Positions 41,881 to 50,893 of a stretch of 64,000 bases of DNA are shown here, piece by piece. A program made the translations under genes and the position numbers. Every line of letters starts with the position of its first letter. Position 1 is the first letter of the stretch. The notes beneath the pieces are model-generated. The model was not told the DNA's origin and did not search any database. It was given only the letters and a program-made list of their open reading frames with translations. Origin of the DNA: Poseidonia sp. (GTDB taxonomy: Archaea > Thermoplasmatota > Poseidoniia > Poseidoniales > Poseidoniaceae); assembly GCA_965661285.1 (NCBI GenBank), contig CBFIDD010000002.1:316515-380514 (forward strand), in the 5' to 3' direction.

Positions 41881-44800
41881 TCACCGCTGCGGGATGGCTT
41901 GCATTTGAGCGATTTCACCGCTCATTCGCGTCAGTGCTTGGACAGCGACCTCTTGGTGTTGAGGGCCCATCTCTTCTCGACTGTACCGGGCCATCTCAAA
42001 CGTGTTGTCGAGGGCGGTCAGAGCATCCTCTGACACGCCCTGCAGCGCTTGGCGGATGGCGAATTCGAATTCCCGAACGGTTTCGAAGTCACGTCGGAGG
42101 AAGCCACGCTGCTGCAGCAGACCGCAGAGGTCCTGATAGCAGGTGAAGATGGCTTCTCGTGTTGCATCCCCGGCCGCCAACAACTCGGCGGTGTAAGCGA
42201 AGACCTCGGCCGCATCCTTGAGCAGGTCGTCGGCGAGTTGCTTTCGTCGGTACATCACGACGCCACCGGCGATGAGCGCGGCGAGCGCAAGCACGAGGAG
42301 GTAGGACCACCACGGTGTTTCCGCTTGTTCTTCTGCAAATTCGTATTGCACAGCAAAGCCTTCACTTCGCAGTGATTCAAAGCCCTGAAGGCTTTGGGCT
42401 GAAAGGCGAGGATCGTTCACGATGATATCCATGGTCAACTGGCCCCAAACATCAGCATCGCCGTATGGCGGGTCAGCATCGAACACAAAGGTGGCTTTCC
42501 CGGTTTCATCGGTTTGAGCACCACGGTTGGCGAGTTGGGATTGGTTGGCATCGTAGAGATAAATGACAACATCAATCCCCGGCAAGCCCGTACCCGTATC
42601 TTCGGCGATAACGGTGAGGGAACCGCCCACGTCTTCTTGTTCGTCCTCAACCACCTCGAGGAGGTCTACGGTGATGACGGCGTCGACCTGTACAAACACC
42701 GTTTGACTGATGCTGGCAGCGTTGAGGTAAAGGGAATCGTTTCGAGCGACGTCAAGGAAGAAATACTGCGAACCGACTTCGAGCCAATACGGCGCCGTTG
42801 CGGTCAGCGAGAAGTTTCCGTTTGACCACACGACGCTGCTCTCTGTGAAGCAGCGTGCTCCTTCCCGACCACCCTCACAATCCGAACCGTTCCCAATGCT
42901 CAGCAGGAGGTTCTCAAAGACCTCACCTGAGCCTCCGATCTCCTGCACAGAACCCGAATAGAAGACGGGTTCAAACACACTATCAGAGCGGGTGACGACG
43001 TTCGTGTTTGAAGTTGGGTCGACTTGAATCAACAGGTCAGCCCATACCCGAACACTGCTTTCTACGTCGGCTGGAAGATGCGCCTGCGTCCCTCCAAAGA
43101 CCACGCCGATGGTGTGTTCGCCCCGGGACAAGTCCATGGTTGCAGGCACCGTTGCGCTCCACGCACCATCAGCACCGGTGGTGGTCGTGAAGAGCGTGTT
43201 TCCGTCGAGTTGGACGAGCAATTCGAATCCGACCAAACCGTCGCGGTCAACGGTGTCGAAGTCGTACAGGCGGCCACTCAATTCCCATGTGTCGCCACGG
43301 GTGGCATCAATACCATCGTCGAACACCAAGGTGACCCATGAACGATGGGAGAGGAAGAACGAGACGTTTCCTTCCCCGGCACGGTAATATCCTTGTGGGG
43401 GTGATTCTGCGAACAAGGTTCTGTTCCCGAAGTCAAAGATGTCGGGAACGACCCAGTCATAGGTGAACGCACCGTTTTGGTCGGTGGTCAAGGTGGAGAT
43501 GACGATGCCTTCCACGACCAGTTGAACTTCGTGGTTTGCAACGCCCACGAGTTGATTGTCAACCACCGAACCGGTGATGGTCACGGTTTGGTTCACCGCC
43601 ACCGGCGAGGAAATATCCACCGTTACGAGGACTGGACTGAAGATTTCCCACAAACCACTGGCGTTGCTGGGGAGGTAAGCCACGGTCCCGGTGAATCGGG
43701 TTTCCAGAACCACTGGACCAAGCGGAGCGTCTGCGGGCACAGGATGGACCGCAGAAAACTCGCCAAGTTCGTCCGTCGTCGTGTTGGTCAGCCACTGACC
43801 ACCCAGCCATACCTCGATGGTCAGGTTCGGTAGCGGGTTGTCAACCACATCGAGAAGACGGCCTTGGATGGTGATCGTTGTTTCTCGGTCGGCATCGCCT
43901 GTTGCGGTCAACAGGAGAATCTTCGTGGGTACGCTAACGTTGAATTCCACCATCGCAGAGCTGGGTTGGTAGTATTCGGGATTGTTGGTGTCCCCGTAGC
44001 CGACAGGGTCAACCCATTCACGACCACCACGGAACTCCACCGAGATTTGGTGGGGACCTGCAGCCGTGTCTTCTGGGAGCGCGTACGAAAGGGTGTATGC
44101 ACCCGAGATGTTGTCCGTTTCAATGCTGGCAACGGGAACGCCATCGATGAGAAGGTGCACCACGGCAGTGGAAGGTACACCGTTTCGTTGCAAGACCAAG
44201 CCCAGGTCGTCCAACAGCGTGCCGTTCACGACCAACATGTCGCCAGCCACCAGCACCGTTGGTGCTTCGGTGATGGTAACCTCGGTCGCACCGAGGACGA
44301 CAAAGGACGAACTGGCGTTGGTTCCAATGATGCCCGTGGTGCCGGCGATTCCGGTGTAGTCCGCATGGATGCCGGTCGGGCCGACGCTCATGTTGGCTGG
44401 GACGGTCAGGTTGCCCCAAGCAGAACCGTTGGAAGCCGTCAAGACCGTGATTTGGACGGGTGAAGCATCGTTCAGCGTCGCCGTGAGCGAGACGAGGACG
44501 CTTTGATTAGCCAGCGGGAGGCCTTGGTTGTCCCGGAGGAGAATCGAGAACTCAACGATGTCTCCCCTTTCGGTTCGGTCGTTCAACGAGGGTTGACCGA
44601 TACCGTCAAGTGCGGGGAGAATGAAATTCATGACCGAGAACCCACGAGAATCGAACGAGGTGTTGTTGGTCGAGCCAACGTAATAGTTGACACTCGGGAT
44701 GTAGGTGGCTTCCATCACGTGGCTACCAGCGGCGAAGGTTTCACTGAGGCGAATCGTGGCGTTCCAATACCCATCAGCACCGACGGCACCGCCTGTGGCG

Positions 44801-47800
44801 GTGAAGCCAGTCGGTTGGCCGTCAATGGAGAACAACACGTTGGCGTTCGCCAAGACGGAGTTGTCCCGCTCAACCAGTCCCGAGCCGTTGTCGGAGGTGA
44901 TTTGCCCGCTGATGTTGAAGGAGGTTCCTGCAACGGGGTTGGCTGCGATGCTGTCAACGACCATGAAAGTCAACGAGCGCACGGTGATGCTGGTCAGGTT
45001 GGCGCTGGTTGAAAGGAGGTCGGTGGAACCGTTGAACACCATCTGAACCACGATGAGGCCCAGAGGATGGTCATAGGGCACGTTGTAGGTGAAGTTGGCA
45101 AACCCTTCTCCGTCCGTGGTTTGTGGCAGGAGCCATGTTTCGTGGAATTGCAGCGCCACCTCGTAATTCGAGAGAGGAGTAAACAAGTCTGAGGCTTCGA
45201 CAAGTTGCGCTGACATGTTGATGTCGTTTCCACGGTTGATGACCACGGCATTCAACGGCTGGAGGTTCTCGAGGCGAGAGACGCCCATGACCTGGATGGG
45301 CGATTGCGCCGTGGCGGTGAGATAGAACGGCGAGGACTCGTTGACGACGGTGACCACCAGCGTGTGCGGGCCACGGGTCGTACCGTTGCCGGCCGTGTCG
45401 GTTGGCACGGTCATGTTGAAACTCCCGTTGTTGGTTGTGGCGTAGTTGCTCAAGAGCAACTCTTCGGGGTTTTCTAGCCAGAACACGTTCAGCCTGACGG
45501 CGGAAATGAGTGGACGGGTTGCGTTCTCAGCGTCTTCAACCTGCCCGACGACGTTGAACGGGACGCCTGCCGTTACCGTACTTGGCACAGAGATGAGCGA
45601 GATATCGCTGGTGACTTGCACGGTCACGTTGATCACAGTCAAATTACCGTAGCGGCGCGAGTTACCTTCACTAAGAGCTGCTGTGAGGTCGTCCTGAACA
45701 ACGATGCCGACGTCGTAGAACCCGGGTGCAATGCCCGACGGTGTGAAGTCGAACGTGGAGTTTCCTTCGCCGTTTGAGACCACCGTTCCAAGGCTTTGGT
45801 TTGACTTACCGTAATCCCAGACATAGTCAACGCTTGCTCCGCTGATGTTGGAGTTGTCCGCAATGTCGGTGATCTTCGCCGTGAATGAAACCGTGTTGTT
45901 CATCTCCACGATGTAGGATGAGCGTTCGGCCTCCACCACAACCTCGGTGATGATCCCACCCAGCGTGGATATTTGTGCTGGGGGTGCAGGGGGGACGGAC
46001 GTATCCACAAAGGCGTAGTATGCGCCGCCCGCAGGCGCTTGACTGACGAAGTCAAAGTCAAGAATGAATTCATAAGCGTCTGAACGGAGGTTCATCGGCA
46101 TCCTGATAGGGATATCAAAGGCACCTGTGCTGTTGTTCAAGGTTGATTGCGCGATGTCGATGGGCCCTTGTTCGGTGAACAGGCTGACACTGATGAGCGT
46201 GGTGTTGTTGAGGACCGGCGTGAGATAGACCGCATCAAAAACATCGCCGACAAGTCGGGTCGAGTTGCCCATGAATGTCCAATCCTGCCCGATGGAAAGA
46301 TTCCATCCGATGTTGGCCATGACACGTAGGGAACCGAGTCCAATTGAGGGTTGGTAAAACGATGAACCGTTGAAGGAGATGCCGATGGGGTAGTCGCCCG
46401 AGCGTAGGTTGGCATCGAGAGGGATCACAATTTCCAACACATCGGTTTCCGGATCCACGGTGGTGTTGAACCACGACCCATTGAAGGTGAAATCGTAATT
46501 GCCGAAGATTTCAACGCCGGCGCCCACGCCCCGATGGTCGTTGATCTGCACACTGACAAAAGCATCCTGTCCACGCACCTGTGATGACTCCTGGACCTCA
46601 AACGTCAGCAAGCCTCGGAGGAAGTACGGGGGGTCGACCGTCAAGTTAGCGTCGTCCGTTGCTGGCAGCGTTGAGGGGAAGAAACGCAATCGCGTCTCGA
46701 TAGCGCCGGCTGCTACACCAACGTTGGTTGGCATGGGATACTGAACGGTGAAATTCCCGGTGACACTTTGATTGAACAACTCCACCCAAACATTTCCGGA
46801 ATCCAAGGCCCGAATGGCAAACTGTAGGTTCCCTGTCAGAGCCGTTGGCGTTGGGCCGAGGGACAGGGCACTTCCGTTCACCCAAACGTCATCACCGAGG
46901 AGGAAAACGCTCCTGTTGCTGGTCAGAGGACCTTCGATGGTGGCCGTTAGATTTGGGGCCTCGGTGACGTTGAAGGTAATTGAGGTCGTGGTCGGGTTGA
47001 GATGGAAGAGAGCGGGTGTTGAACCTGGAACGGAGGCATCTTGCCAGCCTGAGAATCCAAGGGTCGCCGATAACGGACCGAGCGTCTCGGCCTCGCTCAA
47101 GTTGATCGAGATGCTCCAGGAGCCACTGATGTCGGTTTGTGCAGTGAGATTTTGCGCTCCGTCAACTGAAGAAGTGTACGACAGCCACACGGTTTGATTT
47201 GGCAGATTGGAGATTTCATCAATCGGTTCATTCGCCAGAGCCAAGCGGCCCTCGAGAACGGTTGTGGCGCCCGCGCCGACAACCGGGGTGTTGATGGCCA
47301 AGGGTGCGGTGTGGACGATGGTGGTGTTCTCGGTCAAATTGACGTAGCCTTCGAAAATAACGCCATCATGCGAAACATAACCGGATTGACGGTGTTCGAT
47401 GACGATGTTGTGCATACCGGGTGCACTGGGTGCGTCGGGGAAGCCGATCATGCTGAAATTGCCGTTGGGGTCAGTGATGTTTTCCTCAAGCAGGAGTGAA
47501 AGGTCAGCGCCTGGACCAGGGACAAAGGGTGCATCACTTACGGGTGAGAGGTAAGCGAACACACGAATATTGGATGCCGGAGTGCCGTTGGCGGCATACC
47601 TCAACTGCCCTGACACCGAGATGCTCTCGGTACCGTCCCGAGCAACGGTGAACGTTGAGATGGTTTGGTTAACGACCTCGATCTCCTCAGCTGGTGGGCA
47701 CGGGTCAAAGGCAATCCATCCGAGGTCGGTGTTTCCGTTGGCGCTGTTTTGCTGCAGTCGAACCTCCGACCACGTGGCGGCGTCCGAGGCGTAGACGGCA

Positions 47801-50800
47801 TAACCTTCGCCTGTCCATGTGCCTCCGATGTAGCCCGTCACCTGACGAGCAGGAAGCCCAGCAAGACGAGCCATGGTCACGAAGGCCGTGTTAAACTCAC
47901 GACACGAACCCTCTTTCACGGCTTCAACCACATTGAGGGTGACGTCCATCGGACTCATGGTTCCCGAACCGTTGAAGTTACGCTTGAACTCGGTCGTAGC
48001 ATTGCCGTTGGTGAGGAAGTCTTCCAGGGCAAGCGCCGTATTGTAAGCATCCGTTGCCCCTGCTTCGGCAATGACAGCGGCCGTGACGTTATTCACGTAT
48101 GAGAAGGCCGAAGAAGAGTCGGTAAACTGAGGGTCGACAAGCAGCTCGTAAGGGAAGCCTTGACCGGGGACGGTCGTTGACGCCAAGTTTGCCCAATCAA
48201 AGTAATACTCAGGTTGTTCGTACAAGACCTGCTCTACAGAACCAGCAACCAGCGAGAGCATGTGCGTATCGTTCGACCTTGAGATGTTGGCTGAGGTTTC
48301 GAAGACGAATGAGATGTTGGAATAATATGCAGGAGCAGGGATTTGCCCTGTCGTTATGGGGCGGTTGAATTGAAGGTTCCACTGGACGGTTGAGTTGGCA
48401 AGGGAAATCGGTGCGAGGTGAGTAAAGTTGCTCATGGGAACAACGACCGCCTCCGAGGGATGAACGCTGTCGAGGTGCGCGTAGGTGCTTCCGGTGTAGA
48501 AGTCATTGGTGATGGTGCGCCACCGATGGTCGCCGTTGAGATCGACGACTCCCGAGGTATTGTTTGCGAAAAAGACAACATCATCCGACATGATGTCATC
48601 GCTGGGGTCAAACACATCAAAGGGCGCGCCTATGCAATCAAAAACCCAAAATGCATCAGGACACTCATCACCGTCAAGCATCCCACCACCGTCTGTATCG
48701 GGGTTGGTCCAGTCGGTTCCGGTTTGATTCTCAACGGCATCGGGCAATCCATCACCGTCAAAGTCGGCGGGTTGAATATCATCAGAAGGATCGTTTTGCG
48801 GGTTCGTTCCGTCAAAGTATTCACTGCGGTCATCCACGCCCCCCTGGTCGGTATCGAACGCGTTGGGAGCTGTCACCCAAACATCTTGGGAGCCGTTGGT
48901 GATGCCGATGTAAATCAAATCACAGCCAGTGGTGTTCTCAAAGTAGTTGTTGAGTCCGTCGGCGTCATCGTCCAAGAGATTTGAACACGGCTGATTGGGA
49001 TCGGTGTTGTCCTGAACTTCGTCAAAGTCATTCACGCCGTCAGCATCGCTGTCGGCGATGCTGGGATTGGAGAACCATCCAAAGGTCCCGAGAAGTTCTT
49101 GCCAGTCTGCCAGACCATCACCGTCGGTGTCCTCGTAATCGTCGTCGCAATACTGCTGCGTTGTGCTGATTGTTCCTGAATTCGTGGCAGCCGTGTGGCA
49201 AAATGAACCGTTGCGATTTGCTACCTGGGTCGCCACGCCCGAGGGCCCGTTGGAAACACCCTGCAGAATGTTGGCAACCACAGTCGCGTAGGCAAAACTT
49301 TCCCATGTTCCGGATACGTTGTACCAACCAACGCCCCCTGCGGGGTTGAAACCCGAGCCGTTTCCTACTTCGACCCTGCTGGCGCTGAGTTCCTGCACGA
49401 AGGTGGTCTCAAAGTTCACAAGTGAATCGCAAGGATCCGTACCGTGGCTGATGTTTCGTTCCTGCCCGTCGTTGATGCCGCCAAAGTCCGTGTCGGCCAC
49501 ATTCCACAGCGTACACGTCAGGTTTTCCTCCCAGTTCTGTATGCCGTCCTGGTCTTCGTCTCCTGAATCCTCACGGCGTGTGGGGTCCGTCTCACCGGCA
49601 TCCAACACACCGTTGAAGTTGGTGTCTTCCTCGCCGTCATCAAAAGCATCCCCGTCGGTGTTGTTGTTGCGCGGGTCGCTGGCTTGGGCAGGGTTGCCGT
49701 AAGCACCGTTCACCTCGATACCGTCGCTGATCCCGTCGCTGTCGGTGTCCGAAGACGTTGGATCGGTCAGCAACGTAAAGGCTTCGTACGAATCGTTCAA
49801 CCCGTCGCCGTCGGTGTCTGCCCTCTGCGGATCTGTCGAGGTGATACCGTCAACCTCAGCGGTAAATGTGGCACAACCACCCGGTCCAATGCCTTGGACT
49901 GGGTCGCAGGGCGAGGTGGTCTCGGTGACGATGCCATCGGGGCCGTTGCGGAAACAGGGCGAAGAGCCGCACATGGTCGTCCATGTCGGGTTGACGTACT
50001 CGAGGAGGTTGTTCAGGCCATCACCGTCGGGGTCGCCGTTTGGACCGTCAGCGTTGGAGGGCGAGGTGGCGTTCAAGCCGTTAGCGGCTTCCCAACCGTC
50101 GGGCATGCCGTCGCCGTCGGTGTCCCAACCTGCGGGGTCTTCATCGATGACGCCGTCGCCATCATCGTCATCCGATAGACAATCGGCATCGCCGTCGTTA
50201 TCCGAGTCCGCCGAGTCGACAAATCCGTCTTTATCATCATCAAATCCATTGGCGCAAATATTCCCGACGGGGTCCTCGTCGCAGAGGATGATCGAGCCCG
50301 TGCCGTCGGAACCTGCCGCACCGCATGCGGGTTGGTTGAACTGCATGGCGTCTTCCTCGTTCCAGTCGTTCACGGGAACGGTGCCGTTCCACCAAACACC
50401 GTTGTCCAGGACAGAAGCGGTGTTGGTGTTGTCCCAACCGCTGGGTTGGAGGTAGAGGTATTCTTGCAAATTGGACATGCCGTCGCCATCCGGGTCAGCG
50501 ACTGCGCCATCGGCACCGGTGGACGACAACGGGTCGAGGCCGTACTTCCACTCCCAGCCATCGGGCAAGCCGTCGTTGTCCGAGTCGGGGTCGTTGGGTT
50601 GGGTGTTCATGAGGTACTCAAGGCCGTACGTGAGACCATCACCGTCCTGGTCGGATGCTGCTTGAACATCAACGACCGTGTACTGAATGGAGGCGAGGGT
50701 GGAGAGGACCATCAAGAGGGTGAGTGAGAGCGACTTGAGCGCTTTTTTCCGCTCTGCGAGGGCTGGTCGAATCGCGGCCGCATTGGAATTCGAGCCTGTC

Positions 50801-50814
50801 AGCATGAGTCTCAC
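41881..50814 (-). CDS. giant (2977 aa) membrane-anchored surface protein: signal, TSP3 Ca-binding repeats, transglutaminase-like core (His apparently replaced), many Ig-like/beta-sandwich repeats, TM, DUF4129-like cytoplasmic tail
   Basis: Signal LSLTLLMVLSTLASI. N-terminal DxDxDG repeats. TGase-like GSCREFNTAFVTMARLAGLPARQVTGY ... ATWSEV ... WIAFDPCP. C-terminal WWSYLLVLALAALIAGGVVMY TM then RRDFETVREFEFAIRQAL ... FEMARYSREEM. Confidence 0.8.
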   Translation of the reverse strand: MRLMLTGSNSNAAAIRPALAERKKALKSLSLTLLMVLSTLASIQYTVVDVQAASDQDGDGLTYGLEYLMNTQPNDPDSDNDGLPDGWEWKYGLDPLSSTGADGAVADPDGDGMSNLQEYLYLQPSGWDNTNTASVLDNGVWWNGTVPVNDWNEEDAMQFNQPACGAAGSDGTGSIILCDEDPVGNICANGFDDDKDGFVDSADSDNDGDADCLSDDDDGDGVIDEDPAGWDTDGDGMPDGWEAANGLNATSPSNADGPNGDPDGDGLNNLLEYVNPTWTTMCGSSPCFRNGPDGIVTETTSPCDPVQGIGPGGCATFTAEVDGITSTDPQRADTDGDGLNDSYEAFTLLTDPTSSDTDSDGISDGIEVNGAYGNPAQASDPRNNNTDGDAFDDGEEDTNFNGVLDAGETDPTRREDSGDEDQDGIQNWEENLTCTLWNVADTDFGGINDGQERNISHGTDPCDSLVNFETTFVQELSASRVEVGNGSGFNPAGGVGWYNVSGTWESFAYATVVANILQGVSNGPSGVATQVANRNGSFCHTAATNSGTISTTQQYCDDDYEDTDGDGLADWQELLGTFGWFSNPSIADSDADGVNDFDEVQDNTDPNQPCSNLLDDDADGLNNYFENTTGCDLIYIGITNGSQDVWVTAPNAFDTDQGGVDDRSEYFDGTNPQNDPSDDIQPADFDGDGLPDAVENQTGTDWTNPDTDGGGMLDGDECPDAFWVFDCIGAPFDVFDPSDDIMSDDVVFFANNTSGVVDLNGDHRWRTITNDFYTGSTYAHLDSVHPSEAVVVPMSNFTHLAPISLANSTVQWNLQFNRPITTGQIPAPAYYSNISFVFETSANISRSNDTHMLSLVAGSVEQVLYEQPEYYFDWANLASTTVPGQGFPYELLVDPQFTDSSSAFSYVNNVTAAVIAEAGATDAYNTALALEDFLTNGNATTEFKRNFNGSGTMSPMDVTLNVVEAVKEGSCREFNTAFVTMARLAGLPARQVTGYIGGTWTGEGYAVYASDAATWSEVRLQQNSANGNTDLGWIAFDPCPPAEEIEVVNQTISTFTVARDGTESISVSGQLRYAANGTPASNIRVFAYLSPVSDAPFVPGPGADLSLLLEENITDPNGNFSMIGFPDAPSAPGMHNIVIEHRQSGYVSHDGVIFEGYVNLTENTTIVHTAPLAINTPVVGAGATTVLEGRLALANEPIDEISNLPNQTVWLSYTSSVDGAQNLTAQTDISGSWSISINLSEAETLGPLSATLGFSGWQDASVPGSTPALFHLNPTTTSITFNVTEAPNLTATIEGPLTSNRSVFLLGDDVWVNGSALSLGPTPTALTGNLQFAIRALDSGNVWVELFNQSVTGNFTVQYPMPTNVGVAAGAIETRLRFFPSTLPATDDANLTVDPPYFLRGLLTFEVQESSQVRGQDAFVSVQINDHRGVGAGVEIFGNYDFTFNGSWFNTTVDPETDVLEIVIPLDANLRSGDYPIGISFNGSSFYQPSIGLGSLRVMANIGWNLSIGQDWTFMGNSTRLVGDVFDAVYLTPVLNNTTLISVSLFTEQGPIDIAQSTLNNSTGAFDIPIRMPMNLRSDAYEFILDFDFVSQAPAGGAYYAFVDTSVPPAPPAQISTLGGIITEVVVEAERSSYIVEMNNTVSFTAKITDIADNSNISGASVDYVWDYGKSNQSLGTVVSNGEGNSTFDFTPSGIAPGFYDVGIVVQDDLTAALSEGNSRRYGNLTVINVTVQVTSDISLISVPSTVTAGVPFNVVGQVEDAENATRPLISAVRLNVFWLENPEELLLSNYATTNNGSFNMTVPTDTAGNGTTRGPHTLVVTVVNESSPFYLTATAQSPIQVMGVSRLENLQPLNAVVINRGNDINMSAQLVEASDLFTPLSNYEVALQFHETWLLPQTTDGEGFANFTYNVPYDHPLGLIVVQMVFNGSTDLLSTSANLTSITVRSLTFMVVDSIAANPVAGTSFNISGQITSDNGSGLVERDNSVLANANVLFSIDGQPTGFTATGGAVGADGYWNATIRLSETFAAGSHVMEATYIPSVNYYVGSTNNTSFDSRGFSVMNFILPALDGIGQPSLNDRTERGDIVEFSILLRDNQGLPLANQSVLVSLTATLNDASPVQITVLTASNGSAWGNLTVPANMSVGPTGIHADYTGIAGTTGIIGTNASSSFVVLGATEVTITEAPTVLVAGDMLVVNGTLLDDLGLVLQRNGVPSTAVVHLLIDGVPVASIETDNISGAYTLSYALPEDTAAGPHQISVEFRGGREWVDPVGYGDTNNPEYYQPSSAMVEFNVSVPTKILLLTATGDADRETTITIQGRLLDVVDNPLPNLTIEVWLGGQWLTNTTTDELGEFSAVHPVPADAPLGPVVLETRFTGTVAYLPSNASGLWEIFSPVLVTVDISSPVAVNQTVTITGSVVDNQLVGVANHEVQLVVEGIVISTLTTDQNGAFTYDWVVPDIFDFGNRTLFAESPPQGYYRAGEGNVSFFLSHRSWVTLVFDDGIDATRGDTWELSGRLYDFDTVDRDGLVGFELLVQLDGNTLFTTTTGADGAWSATVPATMDLSRGEHTIGVVFGGTQAHLPADVESSVRVWADLLIQVDPTSNTNVVTRSDSVFEPVFYSGSVQEIGGSGEVFENLLLSIGNGSDCEGGREGARCFTESSVVWSNGNFSLTATAPYWLEVGSQYFFLDVARNDSLYLNAASISQTVFVQVDAVITVDLLEVVEDEQEDVGGSLTVIAEDTGTGLPGIDVVIYLYDANQSQLANRGAQTDETGKATFVFDADPPYGDADVWGQLTMDIIVNDPRLSAQSLQGFESLRSEGFAVQYEFAEEQAETPWWSYLLVLALAALIAGGVVMYRRKQLADDLLKDAAEVFAYTAELLAAGDATREAIFTCYQDLCGLLQQRGFLRRDFETVREFEFAIRQALQGVSEDALTALDNTFEMARYSREEMGPQHQEVAVQALTRMSGEIAQMQAIPQR

Positions 50815-50893
50815 GCTATCGGGTGCGTCTGATGCCTCATAAGGGAAATGGTACGATGTTCATACAACAACGATTTCGTGAGGCGATTTTTGC

